Shown here: positions 1 to 9,551 of the stretch, in pieces
Position numbering within the stretch: position 1 is the stretch's first letter
Layout: the number at the start of each line of letters is the position of its first letter
Origin: a virus
Virus record (IMG/VR): IMGVR_UViG_3300031603_000001
Location: 96,001-160,000 of that record
Length of the DNA stretch: 64,000 bases
Direction: 5' to 3' (one strand)
Translations under genes and position numbers: made by a program
Notes under the pieces: model-generated
Seen by the model: the letters and a program-made list of their open reading frames with translations, nothing else
The model's database searches: none
What the model was told of the DNA's origin: nothing

Positions 1-2146
1 ATATTGTACATGTCCACCTACTCTGGGTTACATCTGTTTTAGAATTGATATCATCAAATACGACACTACAATGTCCGCACTTCTCTGGACGTTCGGGTAC
101 TTCTGCAGTTAAATTCTGCAGGTTTGGATCGATAGAGGATGTCCTTCCACTAGCCGCACCGTTAGGTTTCAGACTACCATGGATAATATCCTGGTAAGCC
201 TTCATCTCTGTTGCAACAAGCTTAGCGTCGATAGGATCCGGAGGTGTGTCCCAACTAGGAACAATCTCTCCGTATATCACACGCCAACCGGCGGTATATA
301 CTGCCTTTACCTTTCCAGTAACAGGTTCAATGCCTGCAATTACATTGTAAGACATAGTCTCCACGAACCGTTCTACCTTCAGTGTTTCCACGTAAGTAGA
401 CAGAAGCTTATCAACCTTCTTAGTCGTGTTCAATGTAAGCATCCATGCATCAAATTCATCAGGTGTCCACTTAGAAAGTACAGTAGTACCCTTAGTGATA
501 GCGGCCTTATACTCTTGTCGATAGAACCTAATTAGGTTAGCCCGAGCAACAGAGTCAAACTTCTCCCCGTATTCCTCTTCAAACCTGCCAAAGAATGTGG
601 GATCCAGAAACATGGAGATGAGATTCTTCTTGATCTCTGCGTCCTTGTTTATGCTCAGCACAGGGGCGCCCAATTCTGACAACTTGTTTAGCAAACCCTG
701 TCGGTCTTCCCTCAGTACGTGCTTAAGTTTAGTACGATACCTCTGGTCAAATCCCATTCCGCGCTGGTTAAGATCCATAGCTACCAGGGCGACTTCCATT
801 TCCTCAGGATAAATCTGAGACAATAGCTTGCCGGCGGTAAACGCATCGGATTCTTTCTTAACCTTAGCATAAAACAACTGAGTTAGCTCCCAGGTATCCA
901 CTGCGTCATCTGCAGCATACTCAAGTGAGTCCTCAGGTGTTACGAATTCAAACGTCACACTCTCATTACCAGTTACTTCAGCATAGGTCTTACGAGTCCT
1001 ATCCAGAAAAGTACGGGCACCGTTCTTCAACGTGCGAGCGTATGACTTATCTTTACTATCTTTATCTGATATATTCTCATCAATGAGATACCAGAGAGTC
1101 CATGCATCATGCCACATAGGCACGTCATGTTCATCTCGATAGAAGATCTTACTAATATCAAAACCACTAGCCTTTAGTACACCGTAGTCGAAACCAACGT
1201 TGAACCAGCAGGTAGCGGGTTTATTCTCAAGGATTTTATACACCGCACGTTTCAGCCAATCCAACGGAAGGTTGGTAGGTTGCTTACCCATGAAGTTTCG
1301 TGGGTCTAAGCGGTGAGCCACCGGTACGTAGTACCCGCGTTCCTTACCTTTAGCAAATGACATACCAACTATTTGAAACTTGGAATGCCATGTACGTAAA
1401 TCATTAGTCTCTGTATCAATACCAATTAGATTAGCATCCTTACTCAGGTCTTCGACCATAGCTATCAGCTTCTCTTTAGTATCAACAAGAATGTACTCAC
1501 GTTTAAATTGTTCTCTCTTAGTAACTGTGACTTCCCTGTCTTTGTATACTTCAGTATTCTCCGCCAGCCATTCCTTTAGAATAGTAAACTGACGTTTAAT
1601 CTCTGTGTACATAGAAGTAGAGGATATCATTGCAGTAATGTTATTCATTACATAACAAGGGTACTCGCGACCACCTATGTTAAAGGTCTCGAGCCTGCCT
1701 ATCTTATACTTCTGGCGTCCCAGTACAGTCTTAGCAGACTGTGCTCCTAAGAATACTACGATCTCCGGCTCAACCATAGCAATTTCACTAAGTAAATGAA
1801 GACCACAAGTTCTCATATCCTTAGACGTTACACGCTGTTCGATGTTACCACGACACTTAACCAGGTTCGTTAGGTAACAGTCATTCTTTGTAGATAACTG
1901 TAAGTATTTCTGAATGAACTTGTCAGCTTGCATGCCACCCTGTGCAGTAAAAGGTTCACTGGATTTATGTTCATCAGGTAGCACAGTGTTACCAACAAAC
2001 ATTACCCTGCCATTCCCACGGGATACGACAGGATATAGAAAGCTGTTTGCCAGGGTAGCTGACATGTTACAGTTATTACATGACGTACGTGAAAGTTTCT
2101 CTCTCCACGTATTCAGCTTCTCTAGATTTCTAATGGTGACTGACAC
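1..2146 (-). CDS. polA: Family A DNA polymerase (5' part; runs off window) with N-terminal family-4 UDG-like domain and 3'-5' exonuclease
   Basis: Manual translation from GTG at 2146 is open to base 1. Shows MSVTIRNLEK..SCNNC..YLTNLVKCR..TCG (UDG/Fe-S-like), IGIDTET, FNVGFD and YAADDA (Exo I-III), then KLLSTYV and IHGSLKPNGAASGRTSSIDPNLQNL (PolA). Missing from the ORF track because there is no stop in the window. Confidence 0.92.
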   Translation of the reverse strand, partial: MSVTIRNLEKLNTWREKLSRTSCNNCNMSATLANSFLYPVVSRGNGRVMFVGNTVLPDEHKSSEPFTAQGGMQADKFIQKYLQLSTKNDCYLTNLVKCRGNIEQRVTSKDMRTCGLHLLSEIAMVEPEIVVFLGAQSAKTVLGRQKYKIGRLETFNIGGREYPCYVMNNITAMISSTSMYTEIKRQFTILKEWLAENTEVYKDREVTVTKREQFKREYILVDTKEKLIAMVEDLSKDANLIGIDTETNDLRTWHSKFQIVGMSFAKGKERGYYVPVAHRLDPRNFMGKQPTNLPLDWLKRAVYKILENKPATCWFNVGFDYGVLKASGFDISKIFYRDEHDVPMWHDAWTLWYLIDENISDKDSKDKSYARTLKNGARTFLDRTRKTYAEVTGNESVTFEFVTPEDSLEYAADDAVDTWELTQLFYAKVKKESDAFTAGKLLSQIYPEEMEVALVAMDLNQRGMGFDQRYRTKLKHVLREDRQGLLNKLSELGAPVLSINKDAEIKKNLISMFLDPTFFGRFEEEYGEKFDSVARANLIRFYRQEYKAAITKGTTVLSKWTPDEFDAWMLTLNTTKKVDKLLSTYVETLKVERFVETMSYNVIAGIEPVTGKVKAVYTAGWRVIYGEIVPSWDTPPDPIDAKLVATEMKAYQDIIHGSLKPNGAASGRTSSIDPNLQNLTAEVPERPEKCGHCSVVFDDINSKTDVTQSRWTCTI

Positions 2147-2531
2147 TAGCAGCCTCAGTTAGAACTTCCTGCGCTTTAGGCCGATTCAAATACAGAATCT
2201 TGTGACCGTCGTGCGGAGTGATTCGAGTGATACGTACCAAAGGAATCCGGTACAAATGCTCACCGATAACAGTGCCATCAGTGAGAACCTTGTCGGCTAA
2301 CACAGCACTAAGGTTATCGAATGGAGTAGCATCTTTTATTTCTACTATCTTATACAGACCATTGCCGCGAATGACACCACTGTCATCTGGTACACTGACT
2401 GAAGACTCAGCCTGTACATGATAGACACGGAATGTTTCACCAACCTTTAGGACATCTAAGACTTTCTGTCCTACCTTAAGACCGGCTGTTTCGTATACTT
2501 GGAGTGCAGTTGGGCGTGATTGATATAACAT
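2130..2531 (-). CDS. hypothetical protein
   Basis: 133-aa ORF packed between neighbours in the replication operon. Confidence 0.6.
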   Translation of the reverse strand: MLYQSRPTALQVYETAGLKVGQKVLDVLKVGETFRVYHVQAESSVSVPDDSGVIRGNGLYKIVEIKDATPFDNLSAVLADKVLTDGTVIGEHLYRIPLVRITRITPHDGHKILYLNRPKAQEVLTEAASVSHH

Positions 2532-2537
2532 AATACC

Positions 2538-2891
2538 TTATCCGTTGCGATACTCATTCATGAACAGAGTAGCAACTGTTTGTGCGTCCTTGCGTGCAAT
2601 TTCAATCTGACGTTGCATTTGGTCGCCTGCTTTAAGTAAATCCACATCCTTACCGTACGCTGATGATAGCACTGCTCGTACATTGAATGCTCTGACCTCA
2701 TTAGAGAGCTCAGCTAATTCAAGTACAGCCTCACCTATGATAACATGTTCTCTGCTCCGAAGATCATTTAAACATTTGTTAATCTTAGCCTTAAGCTGCA
2801 GTGCGTACTTCTGTAACTGTTTATAAATCTCACGACGTGCATTCAGGTCATCCCCGAATGCAGTCGTTAGATCAAACTTCTCTTCAGCCAT
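2538..2891 (-). CDS. hypothetical helical protein
   Basis: 117-aa ORF, start overlaps the stop of the Whirly-like gene. Confidence 0.65.
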   Translation of the reverse strand: MAEEKFDLTTAFGDDLNARREIYKQLQKYALQLKAKINKCLNDLRSREHVIIGEAVLELAELSNEVRAFNVRAVLSSAYGKDVDLLKAGDQMQRQIEIARKDAQTVATLFMNEYRNG

Positions 2892-3448
2892 TAGATCTTT
2901 GGCTCCTCAAATGAGGTGGCTGGAGGAGTAGCAGCAGGCTTACCGCTGAGGTCGTGTTGTTTAACAAACTCCACGTCCAAAGCTTCGGGCCAACCGTACA
3001 ATGAGGGAATAACAGATTCAGATAGAATCTTAAGTAGCAACAGGTCGGGCCCGCTTACTACTATATTCTGAAACTCCGAAGCCTCCCCCTTCTTAACATT
3101 GATTGTAATACCAATGCCGCCGTTACCTACCGCCTTCGCAGACATAGTCTTAACGACCTTGCCTTTGTTAACACTGCCGGCGCCGGGATCATGGATGGCT
3201 TTGAATCCAGCCTCAGTTTTGAGGGCAGGAAACATTGACACCATCTCTAAGGGATTGAGTGCTATCACTACTTTCTTATCCCAGTCATAGGCAAGACGGC
3301 CTTTTGCAGGGGCAATCTCTATAAAGAATGAGCCAGTTTTGGCTACACTATAATGACCGTTAGATCCGAGCTCCCATTGGGCGCGCATAGGTGATACACG
3401 TAAAGCTGCTTTGTTTCTGAACACTGTGTGTTGTTGTGGAAACTTCAA
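2891..3448 (-). CDS. Whirly-like single-stranded DNA-binding protein
   Basis: Colinear motifs RNKAAL, EIAPAKGRLAYDWDKK, HDP..G...GKVVK and C-terminal LYGW match plant Whirly motifs (KGKAAL, QFAPAAGVRQYDW, HDP, LLGW) from recall. Confidence 0.8.
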   Translation of the reverse strand: MKFPQQHTVFRNKAALRVSPMRAQWELGSNGHYSVAKTGSFFIEIAPAKGRLAYDWDKKVVIALNPLEMVSMFPALKTEAGFKAIHDPGAGSVNKGKVVKTMSAKAVGNGGIGITINVKKGEASEFQNIVVSGPDLLLLKILSESVIPSLYGWPEALDVEFVKQHDLSGKPAATPPATSFEEPKI

Positions 3449-3460
3449 GTAAGTTTCTCC

Positions 3461-4834
3461 TTAAGCTTTGCCGGTGAATAGAACTGGTTCATCTTCCAGT
3501 GTACATTCACGGCAGGTTTTATCCGGTCTCATCATTAAGAGAACGGGGTGTTCCAATGCGAGGCTGCCTGGCTGCTTAGAGCTGAACTTTACCTCGACTA
3601 CTTGAGGACGAGGTACTTGTACTTCGCCAGGACCTATGTCCTCAATGCTTCTCAATGTTCCGAACAATAAGGTAAATACCTCATCTAAATACTTAGTAGA
3701 GAATGTTCCAGGGCCTGCCCATGTACAGAAGACTAGCTTACCATCTGCGTCTTCTTTAGACAATGCAAACCGTGCTAGCTTTCCGTTTAGACGTCCACTG
3801 TTTCCAACCTCTACGGCTGTGATGATGTACTCATCAGTATTTTGGAACTTAAACTTCCAGGCACCACGTCGTTGTGGCTTACCGTTGAGTGTAAATGTTA
3901 CATGAGACTCCGTACCAGTGAGCTTCCGAAGGACAAAGCCTTCCCACCCAGCACCATACGCAGCGTCGATGATTCTTTTATCAAGAACCTTAAAAGTAGC
4001 AGAACGATATTCAGGATGTGTTATCCAATAAGCAACATTCAGAACAGCCCTACGGTACATATAGTTTTGATCACCAAGGAATTCCTTGTCCCAATACAGA
4101 ACATCAAAGGCCTTGACCTCAAACTTCATACTAGATTCAATGAATTCGTTATAACGTATGAGTGCCTTCTTATTTGAGGTACGGTCATTGACTATACCTT
4201 TAATTTTACCAGGTACTTCACGTCCCTTTTCATCAAACAAGATGAACTCTACACTAACTAGGGATCCAGGCGGATCCTTGTGAGCTTTGGAGAAATCTTC
4301 TAAAGGAGTAACACCTCTTACGATATTAGTAATCTTCTTAGCACCACGAGTGTACCAGTCGACGTTGTCATCCAATGTAGTAACTTTCCATAAGTTAACT
4401 CCATTGTTCTTACGTTCCGCAAAGTAATCTTCATAACCACCATCAAAGGTAACACCTTTAGGAGGATCATTGTGAGGTTTACTAGGAGCGAATGCAGATG
4501 ACACAGGGTCAAACGAGAAGACAAACTCTACTGGTTCGTCTGCTTCTTCAATCTCTTCCTGCTCCGTATCAAATGTGCTAGCAGCTTTGTAACCCTGGCG
4601 AACCTTACGGTCCCAGACAGCAGTAGCTTCCTTGATAGCCTGGGCGTTAGGTGTAGTCTCATTGGCACGACCAATGTTCTTACCCTGTACAACCTTCTCA
4701 GCAGTCTGCATCTTGTGACCACGTAGGCCCCATATGCGTTGTATAATATTGCTACCTTCTTCGACGAAGATAGTCAGCTCTTTAATCCCACCCTTGGTAG
4801 AGTGCTGAGCTAGTTCAACTTTAAATGAACTCAA
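3461..4834 (-). CDS. lig: ATP-dependent DNA ligase with N-terminal GKNIGRANETTP domain
   Basis: Motif I ERKNNG, EGFVLRK, WKFK and C-terminal OB fold (LEHPVLLMMRPDK). Confidence 0.88.
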   Translation of the reverse strand: MSSFKVELAQHSTKGGIKELTIFVEEGSNIIQRIWGLRGHKMQTAEKVVQGKNIGRANETTPNAQAIKEATAVWDRKVRQGYKAASTFDTEQEEIEEADEPVEFVFSFDPVSSAFAPSKPHNDPPKGVTFDGGYEDYFAERKNNGVNLWKVTTLDDNVDWYTRGAKKITNIVRGVTPLEDFSKAHKDPPGSLVSVEFILFDEKGREVPGKIKGIVNDRTSNKKALIRYNEFIESSMKFEVKAFDVLYWDKEFLGDQNYMYRRAVLNVAYWITHPEYRSATFKVLDKRIIDAAYGAGWEGFVLRKLTGTESHVTFTLNGKPQRRGAWKFKFQNTDEYIITAVEVGNSGRLNGKLARFALSKEDADGKLVFCTWAGPGTFSTKYLDEVFTLLFGTLRSIEDIGPGEVQVPRPQVVEVKFSSKQPGSLALEHPVLLMMRPDKTCRECTLEDEPVLFTGKA

Positions 4835-4843
4835 ATGAACTCC

Positions 4844-5044
4844 TTATAATGATTCAACTATCACAATAAGGTGAGGAACCTTAGTGATGTAATGTTCAGT
4901 TCGCATAGTTCTGTTGGGTTTAATCCTTGCCATTGTAGGAGTGAACCCAACTATGGTGCCACTAGCTATACTCTTACTTTGGTATCCGTACACATATGCA
5001 ACTGGTTGATCGAGCAATAGCTCTTTTCCTAATGCATCTTTCAT
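4844..5044 (-). CDS. small KOW/SH3-like protein, paralog 1
   Basis: MKDALGKELLLDQPVAYV..GTIVGFTPTMARI. Confidence 0.65.
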   Translation of the reverse strand: MKDALGKELLLDQPVAYVYGYQSKSIASGTIVGFTPTMARIKPNRTMRTEHYITKVPHLIVIVESL

Positions 5045-5244
5045 ATGCCGGCCACCTTAGCTACTTGTGAAGCAAACTGCCTTGTCCGGTGTTTTGAATT
5101 CATATCATAACCTTTAGGTAGAATACGCACCATCTTTGGAGTGAACCCTGTTACGGTTCCCCTACCTAAGTCTTTATAATGACCAGGTTTTACATAAACC
5201 ACCGGGTCACCTATCTGCAACTCTGTTCCAGTAACATCTTTCAT
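5041..5244 (-). CDS. small KOW/SH3-like protein, paralog 2
   Basis: MKDVTGTELQIGDPVVYV..GTVTGFTPKMVRI. Confidence 0.65.
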   Translation of the reverse strand: MKDVTGTELQIGDPVVYVKPGHYKDLGRGTVTGFTPKMVRILPKGYDMNSKHRTRQFASQVAKVAGI

Positions 5245-5459
5245 GGGTTCCTCACTACAACTAAGTTAGGAGTACGTAACGTAGGGCGTATATCACCGCC
5301 AGAACCGTCTTCTCTTATCCTGACTTTCTTTTCAGTAAACCCGGCGACCGTTCCTTTAAGGAACCATCTAGTATTATCGTACCCGGTTATAAAAACAACC
5401 TCTTGATCATGTACGAGTTCTACCCCAAAAGCATCCTGCATTATGGAGTCTCTTTCCAA
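5241..5459 (-). CDS. small KOW/SH3-like protein, paralog 3
   Basis: MQDAFGVELVHDQEVVFI..GTVAGFTEKKVRI. Confidence 0.65.
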   Translation of the reverse strand: MERDSIMQDAFGVELVHDQEVVFITGYDNTRWFLKGTVAGFTEKKVRIREDGSGGDIRPTLRTPNLVVVRNP

Positions 5460-5979
5460 TCATCGAAGTCACCAGAGTCTTGCTTAGCTTGTACAGCTAG
5501 CCACTGTGCTACTTGTTCTTCTTTGTGTTGTACAGAACGAGAAGGCCAGTCAATTAGATCCTGTTGAAGGTCATAAGAAGGTTCCCCTTCTGCTAACCAT
5601 GCAAGATCTCCATGTAGTAACTGTCCAATAAATGCTTGACGCATGTCGGTATTACAACGATAATCATTACGCATATCAGCAATAGATTCTTCACAGATGG
5701 TTTGATAAAACATCATCAGCTCAAGGTCTTTGAGTTGATTCACCACCGCAATAGCTTGTTCAACTTTATTCATTAGTTTTCCTTAAAAAGGTTTGGTAAT
5801 CATCTGGGTCCCACCCAATGAGCTTACTCAGGGCAGTGGTGTATCCCCCAGCTTCGGTATAACGTTCCCGAATTGTATCCATAATAGCAGTCTCCCAAGG
5901 ATTACCTGGGCTAGGTAAGAACCGATGGTAGTAACATAACATGCCACGATCTGCATCTTCAGCTTCTTCAGGTGTAGGG

Positions 5980-6021
5980 TACTGTATTCGTATCATTAGG
6001 CTACTGTATTCGTATCATTAG
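5980..6021. repeat. 20-bp direct repeat at 22-bp period (tactgtattcgtatcattag)
   Basis: Copies at 5980-5999 and 6002-6021. Confidence 0.9.
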
Positions 6022-6244
6022 TATATCCGTTGCCAGGAAATAATAATAATTGTACCTTCGAAATCATTCTTAAGGTACTCACTTATTTTAAGAGTAACAT
6101 AATCAATAGAAGCGCTATCCCGTATGGGTTTACTTAGATTAATTACTACATACCCATGAGAACTTTGTGTCTGATAACTAACATAATACCCAGGATTATT
6201 TAAGAACCACAGCTTCCTTACTATTCTTGGTAACCAAAGTGTCA

Positions 6245-7387
6245 TTAGATTCTTCCTGTTAATTCATCAGTTATCGCCAAGAAGTTTGGATATGACATAC
6301 GCCTACCGTCTATACTAAGCATAGCCCCCCAGCGATTATAGCAGTCACCTATAGTGTCAGCTTGCCGCGGTGTAGGAACTATCCCACCGGTCTCAATGCG
6401 TTGCATAGAGAGTTTGATCCAGCCGTCAGCTTCGAGATCTTTCTGAGAGTCTTGACTATCATCAGGCCTCTTCAGTATCTCATGAGCGATATCACTGTGT
6501 CCTGTATCAGGACAACCATAAAAGTTCCCATTGGGTTTAATCCAACCAGACCTATAAATAGTATCTTCAATAGATTCTGGTGTAACACCATTCTTATTGA
6601 ATGTTGCATGTTGTTCAATATAATCGTCAAGATCCGGTACAAGATTAGCAAATTCCTTATTCTTCATCCACTTCTGATTCATAGCATTAACTATTTGCTC
6701 AGGAGATGTGCCTTCTGGGTATTCCTCTGGGGTAAACCCAGTTAGAGATGTACGAGCAAGCTGATCCAGTACACCAACCGTGGTGTCCGGGTCTTCGAAG
6801 TACGAGACAGTCTCCTCTTCAGGGACTGCTTCAACCTCAGCACGCCATGTTTCCATTTCATCTTCCGAAGCATTGTACAACGCCATCGGGTCAATAGCAG
6901 TTACGTTGTAGAAAGGGACAGAGCTTAGTGGTTTACCAAGCCATGCGTACACAGTACTCAGTTGCTTTAGATAATCAGCAATCCGTTCCTGTATATGGTA
7001 CACATATCCTTTAGTATCCCAGTCATAGTCGGAGTTCTTCCAACCATCTTCAGCATACATTTCTAGCTTACGCCATTCCATTCCTACTTTGAGGAAGACA
7101 TCAAGATGTGCATCCTGAATCTTCTTCTCGAGGCATGCTCCCATCTCTTCCATAGAGATAAGCATTTCATCTTCGAAATCATCGTCTTCGATATTAATAC
7201 CTACATTTGAGTCATCAACAAGACGACGTTTGCCTAAGATAATAGGCATATACTCTTTCTTAGGCATACCAATCATACTCTTGAGTAACTCAATAGCACT
7301 GTAAGGTAACCGGGAAGACCACATGTCACGTACTGTAGTAGTGACAAACTCACCAGTAATAGTAAAACTTAATGTCTGTGTTGCCAT
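6245..7387 (-). CDS. hypothetical phage protein (C-terminal GWIxPxGxFYxC..H..GWIKL domain)
   Basis: 380-aa ORF, operon packing. Confidence 0.7.
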   Translation of the reverse strand: MATQTLSFTITGEFVTTTVRDMWSSRLPYSAIELLKSMIGMPKKEYMPIILGKRRLVDDSNVGINIEDDDFEDEMLISMEEMGACLEKKIQDAHLDVFLKVGMEWRKLEMYAEDGWKNSDYDWDTKGYVYHIQERIADYLKQLSTVYAWLGKPLSSVPFYNVTAIDPMALYNASEDEMETWRAEVEAVPEEETVSYFEDPDTTVGVLDQLARTSLTGFTPEEYPEGTSPEQIVNAMNQKWMKNKEFANLVPDLDDYIEQHATFNKNGVTPESIEDTIYRSGWIKPNGNFYGCPDTGHSDIAHEILKRPDDSQDSQKDLEADGWIKLSMQRIETGGIVPTPRQADTIGDCYNRWGAMLSIDGRRMSYPNFLAITDELTGRI

Positions 7388-7645
7388 TATGCCTCCTTAC
7401 TAAGACTTTGGATTTGCATTACTTGTTTCCTTAATAACAAGATCAAGACCAGGAGCAACGCTCCTGGTCTTGATCAATTCATCAGTACGTCGTGCAAAAT
7501 GCAAGATAGTATTGTACTTTCTATAAGCCATGTCGGTTTCTTCAGCAGTTAATACACAGCCCCCTGCGCATTCTAAAACGTCTACTTCAGAGATTGGACT
7601 AGCACATTTAGGGCATCTTGGTCTTACTTCTGCCAGTTCTCCCAT

Positions 7646-8965
7646 TTAGATGACTTCGTCTTCTTCGGGGGACTGGCCAGTAATCTGCATACGCAGGTCA
7701 TTGAGTAAGCCCAGTTCTTCCATTATAGCTTTGACTTTATACTCTTTACCGGCTTTAATCTTATGCACTTCGCCTTTGCTATCTGTGTACGAATGACCAG
7801 CGGCACTAGTCTTAACCAGTATCCCCTGTTTAATACCCATGATAACATACTCATACATCGGATCAAATCCTTTGTCATTCCAGAATATGGTACGAACTTC
7901 TTCACCTTCACGAATGCCACTGATCTTAGACTTCTTACACTTCATGACGAATTCATAACCAAGTGGTTGGTTGTCATCATCAACAGGAGTGTTAGCTTTC
8001 GGCCCTCTACGGACTTCCAATGTCAGAGTATCAAAGAACTTCCTGGCGTTACCACCAGATACATCTTCGTGAACCCACGCTGTTCCCATACCTGTAGTAC
8101 GGGTTTGCGCAATAAGACCAAACCCAATATGGTTTGTCTTAAGGTAATGTAATATACGAGGAAAGAAATCGGACATAACACGTGCACGAAGAGCAACATC
8201 AGCGTTGTCTAAGTCGCGTTCTGTACCAGATTTCTTGGCAATCTTACCTCGAGGTAATCCTGCACTGAGTGAATCATAAAATATGAAATCAACAGCGCCC
8301 GACTCGGCAAGTTTAAGGACCCAATTGAGTTGGTCTTCCATCACATGGTCTTGATTAATGAGTAATTCATCAACGTTAACACCACGAGAGGCTGCCCACT
8401 CACGATCCAATGTATGTTCTGCATCTGCTATAGCTACTACGTAACCGGCACGTTGCAGTGCCCCGGTCAGATACAACAGAGTAGTTGTCTTACCTGCAGA
8501 CTCTCCACCATAAATAGTGAAAGGTGCAGTTGGGAATCCACCACCCAAGAACAAATCAAGGCTTGGCACACCTATACCAGCACGGTACACGGTCAAGTCA
8601 TGTTCATCAAAGTCCTTACCAAATCCTAATCGGGCAGTTTGGCCCTTCTTCTCTACGATTTTCTCATGACGCTTGGTAATACTTTCAAGAACTTTCATCC
8701 GTTCTTTCTTATCTTTAACAGGTTTCTTCATCAATTTGAATAGTTCCTTGTCTTCGATCCTAATTTCAGACAACATGGACATGTGCTTTGTGTACGCATC
8801 CTGCCATTTAGCTACAGGATTAAGTTTAATCCTGCAGTTAGGTGTCTTCTTAGTTCGAGGGTAATCACGGAGACAAATATCATCTCCGTACATTTCATGC
8901 TCTTCGGCAGTTCCATCATATAAACATGTGACGCAACGATCACGCCAGAGAGGTAACGTTTCCAA
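7646..8965 (-). CDS. recA: RecA/UvsX-like recombinase with N-terminal extension (start uncertain)
   Basis: LDLFLGGG, Walker A GGESAGKTT, DAEHTLD, FYDSL, AQTR, SGGNARKF. Confidence 0.93.
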   Translation of the reverse strand: METLPLWRDRCVTCLYDGTAEEHEMYGDDICLRDYPRTKKTPNCRIKLNPVAKWQDAYTKHMSMLSEIRIEDKELFKLMKKPVKDKKERMKVLESITKRHEKIVEKKGQTARLGFGKDFDEHDLTVYRAGIGVPSLDLFLGGGFPTAPFTIYGGESAGKTTTLLYLTGALQRAGYVVAIADAEHTLDREWAASRGVNVDELLINQDHVMEDQLNWVLKLAESGAVDFIFYDSLSAGLPRGKIAKKSGTERDLDNADVALRARVMSDFFPRILHYLKTNHIGFGLIAQTRTTGMGTAWVHEDVSGGNARKFFDTLTLEVRRGPKANTPVDDDNQPLGYEFVMKCKKSKISGIREGEEVRTIFWNDKGFDPMYEYVIMGIKQGILVKTSAAGHSYTDSKGEVHKIKAGKEYKVKAIMEELGLLNDLRMQITGQSPEEDEVI

Positions 8966-9551
8966 ATGAATTCACCAACCTCTCAACGTCAATATATTTA
9001 TTGAGTAACCACAATATGTGGTGTGCTTCAGCAGCATCATACAACGCGTTGTGTGCACCCAGATCATGAATCTCTGGATTAATTCGACGCATCATAGCCG
9101 CGGCTTCCTTTTTAAGGGACCCCTTAGCTATCTCAGCTCTCTCTTGCCCAAGTAGACCTCTGAGGATAGCGTTCAGATCTATTGTATAGTGACTGAACTT
9201 AGAGATAGTCCTGCCTTGTACAGTACGTTCAAGGAATGGCCTATCAAAACTACCTACATTAAAGCCTACTATGACAACCTTATTGACGCTGTTATGTTTA
9301 TCAAACTGCCCCAGGTTGTCGTTAATCCAGGCGTGAAGCTCTTTACTAAATACATTAACAGACACGCCTTGATCAAGATCCTGTGCGCGCATCTTATTGA
9401 CACGCATAGCAGCAGGACTTATCAACACATTTGAATGAGCAATATTCCAATGCTTATATGTGTCTCTGTTAATATACATACCCCAGGATAACATCTGATG
9501 GTCATCAGTAGTCCCAGAGGTTTCACAATCCGCTCCAACAGGTATTAACAT
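8940..9551 (-). CDS. DEDDh 3'-5' exonuclease (DnaQ-like)
   Basis: GADCETSG, GFNVGSFDRPFL, HNALYDA. Confidence 0.85.
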   Translation of the reverse strand: MLIPVGADCETSGTTDDHQMLSWGMYINRDTYKHWNIAHSNVLISPAAMRVNKMRAQDLDQGVSVNVFSKELHAWINDNLGQFDKHNSVNKVVIVGFNVGSFDRPFLERTVQGRTISKFSHYTIDLNAILRGLLGQERAEIAKGSLKKEAAAMMRRINPEIHDLGAHNALYDAAEAHHILWLLNKYIDVERLVNSFGNVTSLA

